From positions 533,547-597,546 of the forward strand of contig JBCCHT010000002.1 in assembly GCA_039028615.1 (NCBI GenBank): a DNA stretch of 64,000 nt. The letters are read 5' to 3'. Shown here piece after piece: positions 19,123-28,239 of the stretch (positions are counted from its first letter, which is position 1; each line of letters opens with the position of its first letter). The position numbers and the translations under genes are program-made. The notes under the pieces were generated by a model. The model saw nothing but the letters and a program-made list of their open reading frames with translations. It was not told the DNA's origin and searched no databases. The DNA comes from Myxococcota bacterium (lineage in GTDB: Bacteria; Myxococcota_A; Polyangia; Nannocystales; Nannocystaceae).

Positions 19123-20490
19123 TCAGGGCCCAAGGCGAAGCTGCGGGGGCACCCGCCGCTTCGCCGTGATCGACTCGATGTCCTGGTAGGTGTCGAGCGC
19201 GTCCGCCCAGAACGAATCGGGCAGGTCGAAGAACATGACGCCGCGGATCAGGGTGGTGTTGCGGCTGCTCAGCGGCGGCAGCTGGTTCGTCCCCGGGTGC
19301 TGGTCCTTCGGCTCTCGAAACGCCGGCTGGGCGAATAGAGCCCGGGCCGCCCCGAGATGCTCGGCCGCGGGTCCCTCGATCCAGGGCTCCGCGGCCCCGT
19401 AGGTCGCGGGGGCGGCCCCCAGCGGCACCCACTCCGGCCGCGAGCGCCCTCGCCCCGACCACACCGTCTGCTCGAGCGCCACGATGTCTCCCGTGGCCAG
19501 CGCGGCGAAGGTTGGTGCCGACGGCACGGGTGACGCCAGCTCGAGATCGGGGCGTGGCTCGAGCGGAGCCGGCAGAGCATCGAGGTCCACGAGCACAAAG
19601 CCGAACCCTTCGAGGTCCGCGAGGTGGGTGAGCGTCTCGAGCTGGTCTCTGTCGCCGCCGAAGCGCTCCTCGGCCGCCGACCAGGCCTCGTCGACCGTCT
19701 TGGCGTGGGCGTCGAGCCCGAAACGCGTACGGAGCCAGCGGGCGTGCGACGACGCCTGCGGCCCGAGCACGAGCACACGCGCAGGGGAATCGTCGAGGTT
19801 CGTGGGGGCGAGGATTCGAGGCACGACGAAGGCGGAGGCCACCGCGACGAACAGCGTGATCGACAAGGCCGCCCAGGGATTGCGGATCGACTCCGTGGCG
19901 GCATCGAGCTCGAGCTCGGCGATGAGTTCCGTCGCCTCGCGCCGAGCCGCCGCCGCCCGGCGATGCTCCACGAACAGCAGCCCGGCCGCGAGAGTGAAGC
20001 AGACCACCAGCCCGAGCCATCGCAGCGGAATCTCGCGCAAGTCGGCTGCGGGCGAGTCCGCGTAGGCGTCATGCGTGTACCCGGTAGCCAAGCCCGCCGC
20101 GAGGACCGGCCCGGCGAGCGCCCAGGCACTCCGCTTCCAGCTCCGGCTGCGTTCGGCCAGCGCCGCCGCCTCGAGGGAGATACGGGCGGTGACGTCGAGG
20201 GTGAGCGGGGCCTTCGCCCGCCGCCCCACCAGCGCAGGAACCACCCCGATGACGATCGCGATCGCCCCCAGCCGCATCATCCAGACGTCCGCCCGACCGA
20301 TGACCACGATTCCCACCACCACGGCGACGACCACGAGCAACAGCGCCATCGTCCACGAGGGGCCGGGCCCCGATGCCGAGGGGGGCAGTGCATCGGGACC
20401 CGGCAGCAGTGGTCCTTCGTCGGACCCGGCCAGGGACTCGCGCAGCGCGTCGAACAACGGGTCGGAGTCATCGTCCAGGGGGCTGTTCAC
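19123..20490 (-). CDS. multi-pass membrane protein, putative anti-sigma factor
   Basis: GTG start overlaps the ECF stop (GTGA); about 5 hydrophobic segments plus a C-terminal soluble domain. Confidence 0.6.
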   Translation of the reverse strand: MNSPLDDDSDPLFDALRESLAGSDEGPLLPGPDALPPSASGPGPSWTMALLLVVVAVVVGIVVIGRADVWMMRLGAIAIVIGVVPALVGRRAKAPLTLDVTARISLEAAALAERSRSWKRSAWALAGPVLAAGLATGYTHDAYADSPAADLREIPLRWLGLVVCFTLAAGLLFVEHRRAAAARREATELIAELELDAATESIRNPWAALSITLFVAVASAFVVPRILAPTNLDDSPARVLVLGPQASSHARWLRTRFGLDAHAKTVDEAWSAAEERFGGDRDQLETLTHLADLEGFGFVLVDLDALPAPLEPRPDLELASPVPSAPTFAALATGDIVALEQTVWSGRGRSRPEWVPLGAAPATYGAAEPWIEGPAAEHLGAARALFAQPAFREPKDQHPGTNQLPPLSSRNTTLIRGVMFFDLPDSFWADALDTYQDIESITAKRRVPPQLRLGP

Positions 20491-20972
20491 GACGGCGGTA
20501 CTCCAATGTGATCGCGCAAATGCTGGCGGGCGCGGGTGAGCCGGACGGAGACGTTCTTCTCGGAGATGCCCAGCACGTCGCCGATCTCCACGTAGCGCAG
20601 CCCTTCGAGCCGCAGCACCACCACCTGCCGCAGCGACAGCGGCAGCGCGTCGATGGCCCCTCGCAGCGCACGTCGCCGATCGGCCTCGTCGAGCGCCGCT
20701 TCGGGAGACGGAGCCTCGTCCACCGTCTCGCGCTCGGGCACGACGCGACGGCGCCGTCGCAGGTGAGAGATGGCCAGGTTGGTGGCGATCCGATAGGCAA
20801 AGACCTTGAGCGAGGCCTCGACCCGGTAGTTCGGCAGCGCATTCCACAGCGCCAAGGCGAGGTCTTGGACGAGGTCTTCTCGATCTTCCGCTCGCCGGGC
20901 ATAGCTCCCCACCACCTGCGTCAGGCCACGGCCGTGCTCACGCAAAAGCTCCGTGTACCGCTCGCGGCGCAC
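20487..20972 (-). CDS. ECF RNA polymerase sigma factor
   Basis: EDLVQD..LALW, YRIATN, region 4 'LEGLRYVEIGDVLGISEKNVSVRLTRAR'. Start uncertain; could be as far upstream as 21155. Confidence 0.88.
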   Translation of the reverse strand: MRRERYTELLREHGRGLTQVVGSYARRAEDREDLVQDLALALWNALPNYRVEASLKVFAYRIATNLAISHLRRRRRVVPERETVDEAPSPEAALDEADRRRALRGAIDALPLSLRQVVVLRLEGLRYVEIGDVLGISEKNVSVRLTRARQHLRDHIGVPPS

Positions 20973-21196
20973 CGCCTCGGCCCCACGGGCTGCACTCCGC
21001 GCCGATGCGCCCGGCGCTACGCGGATCTCGCCCGATGGGCTCAGATCGAGCCTCCCGGGACGCCGGATCGGACGTAGCGCTCGCGCATGCCGTCCCACTG
21101 TCGGGGATCGCGGCAGTTCACTACAACCAAACTTCAATTTTCTTTGGGGTTCCATGGTTTCGTAGGGATTTCGGGCGGCTGCGACTGCATGCGGCG

Positions 21197-23560
21197 ATGA
21201 AATGCTCTGCCTCGTCCTGTGGATTCCTGGCCGCCGTGCTCTCGGTGGGGTGCTCGACCTCGGCTCGATCGGTGGACCCCACCGCCCGGGTTCGTGACAC
21301 CGCGACGCCAACGACCGCGCAGCAGCTGGACGAACTCGGCGAGCGGCTGGAGCGTGCCCGCGTCGAGGCCGAAGTTCCGGGCATGGCGGTCGCAGTGGTG
21401 CGTGGCGACGAAGTGCTGTTGGCCCGGGGCTTCGGTGTCGCCGACCAGCAGCGAGGCACCGCGGTCGATGTCGACACGCAGTTCGCCATCGGGTCGTGCA
21501 CCAAGGCGTTCACCGCCACCGTCGTCGGCATGCTGATCGACGAGGGGACGATGCGGTGGGAGGCCCCGGTGTCTCAGGCGCTGCCCGAGCTCGATCTCCC
21601 CGGCGTGACGCTCATGGACCTGGCGACGCACCGCTCGGGGCGAGCGCGCATGATGGACCCGATGCTGCTGGGTATGGCGCCCCTCGACGCGCCCACGCTG
21701 TTTGCCCACGCGGCCGCGGCTCGGATCGCCCACGAGCCCGGCACCGCGCTCGAGTACCTCAACGTCGGCTACATCGCGCTGGGAGAGGCGAGCGCCCGCG
21801 CCAGCGGGATGCCGTGGGACCAGCTGGTGCAGACGCGGGTCTTCGATCCGCTGGGGATGACCCACACTCGCGCCACCCCCCCACGGCCGAACGATCCGCT
21901 CGCCGTGGGCTACCAGTGGCACGAGGGGCAGCAACAGCACATCCCCCGCCCCACCCACGGCCGGGACGGCGGCGCCGGGGCGATTCGATCCACCGCCCGC
22001 GACATGGCGCGATGGCTGCAGTTCCAGCTCGCGAACGGAACCGTGGGAGACACCCGACTCATCGCCGCGAGCACCTTGGCGCAGACTCGCTCGCCGCAGG
22101 TCGACCTCGGTGGCGACCGCGGCTACGGCCTCGGCTGGATCGTCGACGACGACGGCTGGAACGGGCACCGCATCATCGAGCACCGCGGCAACACCGATGG
22201 CTTCTCCGCCGTGGTGGCGATGGCCCCCGACGACGACCTCGGCGTGGTGATGATGATGAATGCCGCCTACCGGGCAGAGGTCGTGTTTCCCGGCCCCGAG
22301 CTGGTGTGGGAGGCCTTGCTGCCCCCGCCGCAGCCCGTCGCCCCCGCGGTCCGCGAGGACTACGACGCGCTGGTCGGTGTCTATCGCGGGTCGATTCCCG
22401 GCCAGGGCGAGCGCCGCTTCGACTTCTTCGTCGAAGACGGCGTGCTCATGGGTGGGGTGGACATCGAAGTCATCCCCGCGACCCCGGTGGAGGCCCCCGA
22501 TGCGGATGGGCTCCGTGCGCTGCGGGGCGTGCCGGGCATCCGCGTCTCGTTCGTGCGCGACCCGAGCGGACGGGCGAGCGCGTTCGTGCTCCATCAGGAC
22601 GACTTCGCCTTCGAGATTCCTCGCGAGGGCATCGCCGTGCCGACCGAGGTCAGCCATGCCGACGTGGCCGACCAGCTCGGCTCGTATCGCTCGGTGGACG
22701 GCACCGCGGTCGAGGTTCGGATTCACCGCGGACGCCTCGCCCTCGAGTGGGGGCCTTCGGCCACCCCGCTGCCCGCGGGGACCTACGACCTGCAGCGCCC
22801 CGACGCGCAGGGCCGCTGGAGCTATCGCAGCAACCCCAGCTACGGGGCGACCTTCGGCCCACAGGCGCTCACCCTCGACGGCGGCGGCCGTACAGTGGAG
22901 TTCCGGCGCCTCGACGAGCGCTCGGCATCCCATCGCAAGACCCTCGATGCGCTCGAGCGACTTCGCCGGCCTCGATACACCGCGCTCTCGACTGTCGGCT
23001 CGATTCGGCTCCAGCGCGACCTTCACTATCCCTTCGCGGGCGTCACGGGCACGGGCTCGCTTCGCTTCGACACGAGCCGAATCCACGCGGCGTGGGACTT
23101 GGCCGAGCTCGGCCACGGCACGCACATCATCGACCACGGGACACATCACGAGACCACCAGCCTCGGCGCCTTCGAGGGGCTGCAGGCCCGGCTCATCGCC
23201 GCCGCCCGAGCCGAGCAACCGCGGATCCAGTTTGGCGACTGGCGAAGCCACTTCGACGCGGTGGAGGTCATCGGGCACAGCCGAGACGACGGACACCCGG
23301 TCGCGTTGGTTCGGCTCACGGGTTCGGGCGACCGCGCCCACTCGATGTGGGTCGACCTCGAGACCGGCGACGTACGACGGCTCCACCAGCGCGTGCCGAT
23401 GCCCGAGTTCGGCACCGAGGTCGCCGTCGTCACCGAGTTCTCCGAGTTTCGAACGATCCGAGGCATTCGCATTCCCCATCGGGCGCAGCTGACCGTCGGG
23501 GACGGCTTCAACGTCATGGTCGAGACCGTCACCGAGGTGACCGTGGAGCGGGATTCGTAG
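21197..23560 (+). CDS. serine hydrolase (beta-lactamase/class C-like) lipoprotein with C-terminal extension
   Basis: FAIGSCTK (SxxK), LATHRSG, YLN (YxN), HRGNTDGF; lipobox SVGC. Confidence 0.88.
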   Translation: MKCSASSCGFLAAVLSVGCSTSARSVDPTARVRDTATPTTAQQLDELGERLERARVEAEVPGMAVAVVRGDEVLLARGFGVADQQRGTAVDVDTQFAIGSCTKAFTATVVGMLIDEGTMRWEAPVSQALPELDLPGVTLMDLATHRSGRARMMDPMLLGMAPLDAPTLFAHAAAARIAHEPGTALEYLNVGYIALGEASARASGMPWDQLVQTRVFDPLGMTHTRATPPRPNDPLAVGYQWHEGQQQHIPRPTHGRDGGAGAIRSTARDMARWLQFQLANGTVGDTRLIAASTLAQTRSPQVDLGGDRGYGLGWIVDDDGWNGHRIIEHRGNTDGFSAVVAMAPDDDLGVVMMMNAAYRAEVVFPGPELVWEALLPPPQPVAPAVREDYDALVGVYRGSIPGQGERRFDFFVEDGVLMGGVDIEVIPATPVEAPDADGLRALRGVPGIRVSFVRDPSGRASAFVLHQDDFAFEIPREGIAVPTEVSHADVADQLGSYRSVDGTAVEVRIHRGRLALEWGPSATPLPAGTYDLQRPDAQGRWSYRSNPSYGATFGPQALTLDGGGRTVEFRRLDERSASHRKTLDALERLRRPRYTALSTVGSIRLQRDLHYPFAGVTGTGSLRFDTSRIHAAWDLAELGHGTHIIDHGTHHETTSLGAFEGLQARLIAAARAEQPRIQFGDWRSHFDAVEVIGHSRDDGHPVALVRLTGSGDRAHSMWVDLETGDVRRLHQRVPMPEFGTEVAVVTEFSEFRTIRGIRIPHRAQLTVGDGFNVMVETVTEVTVERDS

Positions 23561-23565
23561 CGGCG

Positions 23566-24909
23566 CTATCGTCGACCGCGGTAGAGCACGAGCGCGTCGT
23601 CGTTGCGGTGGGCCGTGACCACGTCGGCGAGGCCGTCGCCATCGAAGTCGCCGATCCGCACCGGGCCGCCCGTGTCGATGCCTGCGGGCGCGGGCACGCG
23701 TACGACCGACTCGAAGGGCTCGGCCCCGCCGCCCAACCGAACGACGAGCGAGGCCGACTGATCGAGCACCGCGTGATGGCTCGAGACGGTATCGACCGCA
23801 CCATCACCGTCGAGGTCGGCCACCGCCATGTCCGAGCCGCCACAGTCGAGAGGCAGCGTGGTCTCTCGGCCCCATCCCACGCCGTAGATCGCACCGAGAT
23901 CCAGGCCTTCGAACACCCTCAAGCTGGTGTAGACCGCCAGCGGCTGCCCGTCGATTTCCACGCGGGCCTCGTCATCAACGGCCAGCAGGAGCAGGTCGGT
24001 GAACCCGTTGTCGTCGAAGTCGACGACTTCGATGTCCAAGGTCCGCAGAAAGGGCAGCTCCATCTGCATGTTCATGGAGGCGGCGAAGTCGGGGAGCTGG
24101 CGCCACAAATAGATGCGATTTTCTCGAGCGTGCAGGTGGTCGCCCACCACGAAGTCGTCGACGTGGGCCACCGTGCGCGGGTGATACACCGCGCCCGGCT
24201 CGTCGTAGCGGGCCGTGGCGGTGAAGGTGCCAGAGCCATCGTTGAGCAGCGTGATGCGATTTTGACGCGCGCCCGCGATGATGACGGACAGATCGAGGTC
24301 GCCGTCGCGGTCGTCGTCGATGAGCTGCGGCCCCCACGAGAGCTGAGGATCGACCAGCACGATGTCCCCCTCCAAAAAGCCTCCGGCCCCGTCGCCGCGC
24401 ATCAGGTCGATCTGCCCGGAGTCGCTCACCGTCACCACGTCGACGAAGCCATCGCCGTCGAGGTCGCCCGTGCCCGCAGAGGTGAGCGCCGTGCCCACAT
24501 CGACCGGAGACGGCCACTCGACGTCGGCGCCCAGCGGATCTACGGCATCTCCGAGCCGAAGGTGCAGCGCGCCCGACTCGGTCGACCAGCTCACGTCCGC
24601 CGTGCCATCGCCATCGAAGTCGCCGACCGCGGTGCCATGGGGGTCAGCGCCCAGCGCGATGATCACGGGGTCGTGGAAGCACAGCTCACCCGGCTGAGCC
24701 ACCCCGTCACCGCACTGCGATCGATCCGCCGTGGTCGGCACGTTGCAGGTCCGCAGCTCTTCGAGCGAGACGCCATCCGATGCCCCCTCGCTCTCCGACT
24801 CGCCTTCGCAATCACCCACGCAGATCTGGGGGTCGTTGCATCCGACGAGCGTCCAGCCGAACAGGGCCAGCGCCAGGGGCACGGGGTGAGGCTTCACGAT
24901 AGGGTTCAT
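23566..24909 (-). CDS. FG-GAP/VCBS repeat lipoprotein
   Basis: Multiple GDFDGDG/DLDGDG repeats; lipobox LVGC. Confidence 0.85.
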   Translation of the reverse strand: MNPIVKPHPVPLALALFGWTLVGCNDPQICVGDCEGESESEGASDGVSLEELRTCNVPTTADRSQCGDGVAQPGELCFHDPVIIALGADPHGTAVGDFDGDGTADVSWSTESGALHLRLGDAVDPLGADVEWPSPVDVGTALTSAGTGDLDGDGFVDVVTVSDSGQIDLMRGDGAGGFLEGDIVLVDPQLSWGPQLIDDDRDGDLDLSVIIAGARQNRITLLNDGSGTFTATARYDEPGAVYHPRTVAHVDDFVVGDHLHARENRIYLWRQLPDFAASMNMQMELPFLRTLDIEVVDFDDNGFTDLLLLAVDDEARVEIDGQPLAVYTSLRVFEGLDLGAIYGVGWGRETTLPLDCGGSDMAVADLDGDGAVDTVSSHHAVLDQSASLVVRLGGGAEPFESVVRVPAPAGIDTGGPVRIGDFDGDGLADVVTAHRNDDALVLYRGRR

Positions 24910-24934
24910 GACCAATGGTCCGGGCCGCCGGGCG

Positions 24935-26167
24935 TCATCGTGAAGGTTTCGACGGCCGAGGGACGATTCGCTCGCAGGGCGATGGGCCCGGCTCGAGAGA
25001 CGACCCCGGCCAGTCGCGGGCAAAGCGGGTAGCGGCTCGATTCGCGTCGTCCACCCGCCCCGCATCGCACAGCGCATCGATGCGCAGCGCCGCGACTTCG
25101 GAGCCCAGGGTGCCCGCCGAAAAGCGGGTTTGGTGCTGCGACGCCAGCTCGAGGGCACGTCGCGGCCGTCGTTGATGCAGCGCGTCTCGCATCGCACGGA
25201 CCAGCTCGAGCTCACGCTGAAGCCCGGGCACCGGGGCCTCCGCGCTTCGTTTCTCGCGCCCGGTCGGAACGTGGGCGGTCGAAGCGGAAGGCGCTCGGGC
25301 GGCGGGCGGGTCGACGGCGGCCAAGGTCGGCGGCACCTCGGGGCTCGACGCCATCCCCTTGGTCGGCGAGCTCGAGGCCGCGACGACCGCTGCTCGCGGC
25401 TCGCTCGTGGGCGTCGGCTCGGCAGGCTCGGGTGACGATCCCAGGCTCAGCCCCACCACCACCGCGACCACGGGCACCACCACCGCGGCCACGACGGCCG
25501 GCGTGGGCACGGACGCCAGCCACGGGGTCGCCACCGGAGCCAGATCCAGCGCCACCACCAACGAAGCCCAGATCCGCCGCCGTTGCCCGGGACGGGGCCG
25601 CTCCCGAGCTACCGCGGGTGCGAGCTGGCGGGCGTTCATCACCGGGCCCGCTTCGCGTGCGGCGAGCCGCCGTACCATGCGGTCGAGCTTCATTCGTGCC
25701 GCGCGAAGCCGGGCGTGCACGGTGTTGACGTTGACGTCGAGGCTGCGCGCAATCTCGTGCCCTTGGAGCCCGCCGAACTCGGTCAGCACGAACACCGCCG
25801 CCTTGTCCTCGTCGAGCTCCCGAATGAACGCGCGCAGGATCTCGAGGGCCTCGGCGCGAGCCACCGCGTCGTCGAGATCGGGCCCGCCCTCGAGCTCGGG
25901 CAGCTCGAAGTTCCGCGCCGCGTCGGTGCTCGCCCGCTGTCGGTAGCGCCACGCCACTCGCCGCGCGATCTGATACAGCCACGTCCGCAGCGTCGACCGC
26001 CCTTCGAACTCCTCCAGGCGGCGATGCACCACGATGAACACGTCCTGCACCGCGTCGTCGACGGCCGCATCGGTGACGCCCAGGCACCGAAGCGAGCGCC
26101 ACACGAAGTCGTGGTGCTCGCGGTAGACCGCCGACAAGGCGTGACGAGATGCAGCGGTGAGCTTCAT
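24935..26167 (-). CDS. ECF sigma factor fused to a TM segment, Pro-rich linker and TPR-like domain
   Basis: DDAVQDVFIVVHRRL, RTWLYQIA, region 4 'EIARSLDVNVNTVHARLRAAR'; ATGA overlap with the upstream gene. Confidence 0.85.
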   Translation of the reverse strand: MKLTAASRHALSAVYREHHDFVWRSLRCLGVTDAAVDDAVQDVFIVVHRRLEEFEGRSTLRTWLYQIARRVAWRYRQRASTDAARNFELPELEGGPDLDDAVARAEALEILRAFIRELDEDKAAVFVLTEFGGLQGHEIARSLDVNVNTVHARLRAARMKLDRMVRRLAAREAGPVMNARQLAPAVARERPRPGQRRRIWASLVVALDLAPVATPWLASVPTPAVVAAVVVPVVAVVVGLSLGSSPEPAEPTPTSEPRAAVVAASSSPTKGMASSPEVPPTLAAVDPPAARAPSASTAHVPTGREKRSAEAPVPGLQRELELVRAMRDALHQRRPRRALELASQHQTRFSAGTLGSEVAALRIDALCDAGRVDDANRAATRFARDWPGSSLEPGPSPCERIVPRPSKPSR

Positions 26168-27213
26168 GCGGAGGGGCGTGTACGTATTGTCTTCGCCCGC
26201 CCGCCTCGTCGTGAACCAAAGTGAAGCTCGAGGCCGAGCCACAGCCGCGCGCCGGACGCACCGGTCTGGGTGACGGCGACCGAGCCCACGGAAAACTGCG
26301 GCTGAAGGAGGGGTACCGTGCCCTCCAGGGCCAAATACGGCGCGACCACGGGGGTCACCGCCACGCTCAGCCCGGCCGACAGATTCGCCGCGCCCCACCC
26401 CGTCCACTGTGTGGCGGGCTGCTGCACCCCGGTCGTACCGACCCCGCGCAGGCCCGCGACCTCCGCACCCAGGCACAGCGGCATGCGCAGCCGACCCAGC
26501 GTGGGTACCCCGCAGCCGCGGACCAGGCCGCCCACCAGGTCGAGCCGCACGCCCACCGTCTGGGATGCATCGAGGCCCGTGCGTGCGGGCCAGCCTCGCG
26601 CCCCCAGCTCGACTCGCCAGCCCCGACCGGTGAGGCCTCCGACGACGCCCAGCCCGGCGCCCAGGCCCGGCAGGATGCCCGAGCCGACCCCTCCTTCGAA
26701 TCGCAGCAGCCCGACGACGCGCGGCCGGGGCGAGTCGGCCGGCGGAGGTGGCTGGGTCCGCGAACTCGCCGATGCCGGGACGACAGCCACTGAGCGCGGC
26801 GCAGGTTCATCGCGCGACGGCGCCGGTCGGACCTTGGCTCGGGGGGCGGAGGTCGGAGTCCACGTCACCGACTCAGGGCGCTGCACGGCGGGCTTGGTCG
26901 CCGCCCCCAGGGCATCGACATGCACCGCCACGATCAACGCGACCGCCCGAGCCAGGGCTCGGCAATCCTCGGCTTCGAATGTCCGTCGTTCCTCACGTCC
27001 GCCCGGCGCCTGCAAGCGCAGCTGCACCCGCCACCGCTCGCCACGGCGCTGCACCTGCCCGTGCACCAGGGAAAGCTCGCTCGCGTCGCTTCGAACGAGC
27101 GCCGCGATCTGCTCGTCGACCGCGTCGCCCGAGGGACACCCCGCCGGAGCGTCCCAGGTGATCGGTGCCGCGCCGACCAGCAGCCACGACCCCAGGGCAG
27201 CGAGCGCGGCCAC
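26164..27213 (-). CDS. hypothetical exported protein (WDAPAGCP N-domain, Pro linker, putative beta-barrel C-domain)
   Basis: Signal peptide; alternating Gly/hydrophobic beta-strands in the C-terminal half. Confidence 0.7.
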   Translation of the reverse strand: MAALAALGSWLLVGAAPITWDAPAGCPSGDAVDEQIAALVRSDASELSLVHGQVQRRGERWRVQLRLQAPGGREERRTFEAEDCRALARAVALIVAVHVDALGAATKPAVQRPESVTWTPTSAPRAKVRPAPSRDEPAPRSVAVVPASASSRTQPPPPADSPRPRVVGLLRFEGGVGSGILPGLGAGLGVVGGLTGRGWRVELGARGWPARTGLDASQTVGVRLDLVGGLVRGCGVPTLGRLRMPLCLGAEVAGLRGVGTTGVQQPATQWTGWGAANLSAGLSVAVTPVVAPYLALEGTVPLLQPQFSVGSVAVTQTGASGARLWLGLELHFGSRRGGRAKTIRTRPSA

Positions 27214-27220
27214 GACCGCC

Positions 27221-28012
27221 TCAGCCGCGAGCCGCCAGGGCCCGCTCGGCGGCGAGTTTCTTCTGGTACTTGCTCTGCACCACGTCCACGATGACCAGCA
27301 CCGCGATCGAGAAGTAGAAGGTGGTCTTGGACAGCGGCTCGACGGCGTAGCCGAACAGCTTGAGGTGCGCGACGTGGCCGCCCTCGCCCAGCAGCACCAC
27401 GCCCACGATCAGCAGGATGAACAGGCCGAGCACCTCGTACTTGCGGTTGCGCTTGAGGAACTCGGAGACCCGGTCCGCCATGAACAGCATGGCCAGGCCC
27501 GAGCCGATGATCGCGATGGCGAGCACGACGAAGACCTTGGTGATGGCCAGCGCGGAGAGAATGGAGTCGAAGGAGAAGATCAGGTTCATCAGCACCAGCA
27601 TGGCGATGACCTGCCCCACCGATTTCGGCCCCTTCTTCTCGATGTCCGCCTCGAGATCCTCGATGGCCATCATGTGGCTGATCTCTTTGACCGCGGTGTA
27701 CATGATGAAGCCGCCGCCGAAGAGGAACACGATCACCGAGAAGTTGAACGAGCCCTCGATGATCCCCTCGGCGTCGAGATGGAAGAAGGGCTCGGTGAAG
27801 GTCTCGATGAGGTTGACCATCACGAACAGCAGCACGATGCGCAGCGCAATCGCGATGAGGATCGCGTTGCGGCGCACCCTTGCCTGGTCCTTCTCGGGAG
27901 CCCGCTTGGACTCGATCGAGATGTACAGCAGGTTGTCGAAGCCCAAAACGGCCTGCAAAAAGAGCAGGACGCCCAGGTTGGCGAGGTTCTCGAGCGTGAA
28001 CAGTTCGGCCAT
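27221..28012 (-). CDS. TerC-family integral membrane protein
   Basis: LQAVLGFDNLLYI, NLIFSFDSILSA, about 7 TM segments. Confidence 0.92.
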   Translation of the reverse strand: MAELFTLENLANLGVLLFLQAVLGFDNLLYISIESKRAPEKDQARVRRNAILIAIALRIVLLFVMVNLIETFTEPFFHLDAEGIIEGSFNFSVIVFLFGGGFIMYTAVKEISHMMAIEDLEADIEKKGPKSVGQVIAMLVLMNLIFSFDSILSALAITKVFVVLAIAIIGSGLAMLFMADRVSEFLKRNRKYEVLGLFILLIVGVVLLGEGGHVAHLKLFGYAVEPLSKTTFYFSIAVLVIVDVVQSKYQKKLAAERALAARG

Positions 28013-28239
28013 GGCAAAGGGAGCTTTCGCGCCATGACTATGCCGCAGCGAGCGAGCGCAGCAAAAGAGACACGGGGCTGAAAACCACGAAACGACGGTG
28101 CTCGAAGGCGTGGCGGCTCGGGGAGGACAAACGAGCCAAACCCCGGCCAGAAGGCCGAGAGGCAGCGCGTGGGCTGCTTTACATCGTGCCCGGTTCCCGG
28201 GGAAAATCGACGTGCCCCCAAACCAAAGGTCTGCATCGC

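Noticed and set aside
21496..25032. 1178-aa plus-strand ORF
   Set aside because: Arg/Gly/Ala-rich off-frame of the serine hydrolase, joined to the antisense of the FG-GAP gene. A high-GC artefact.
27221..28012. ter (tellurite/phage resistance) island
   Set aside because: A lone TerC-family gene with no terABDEZ neighbours.
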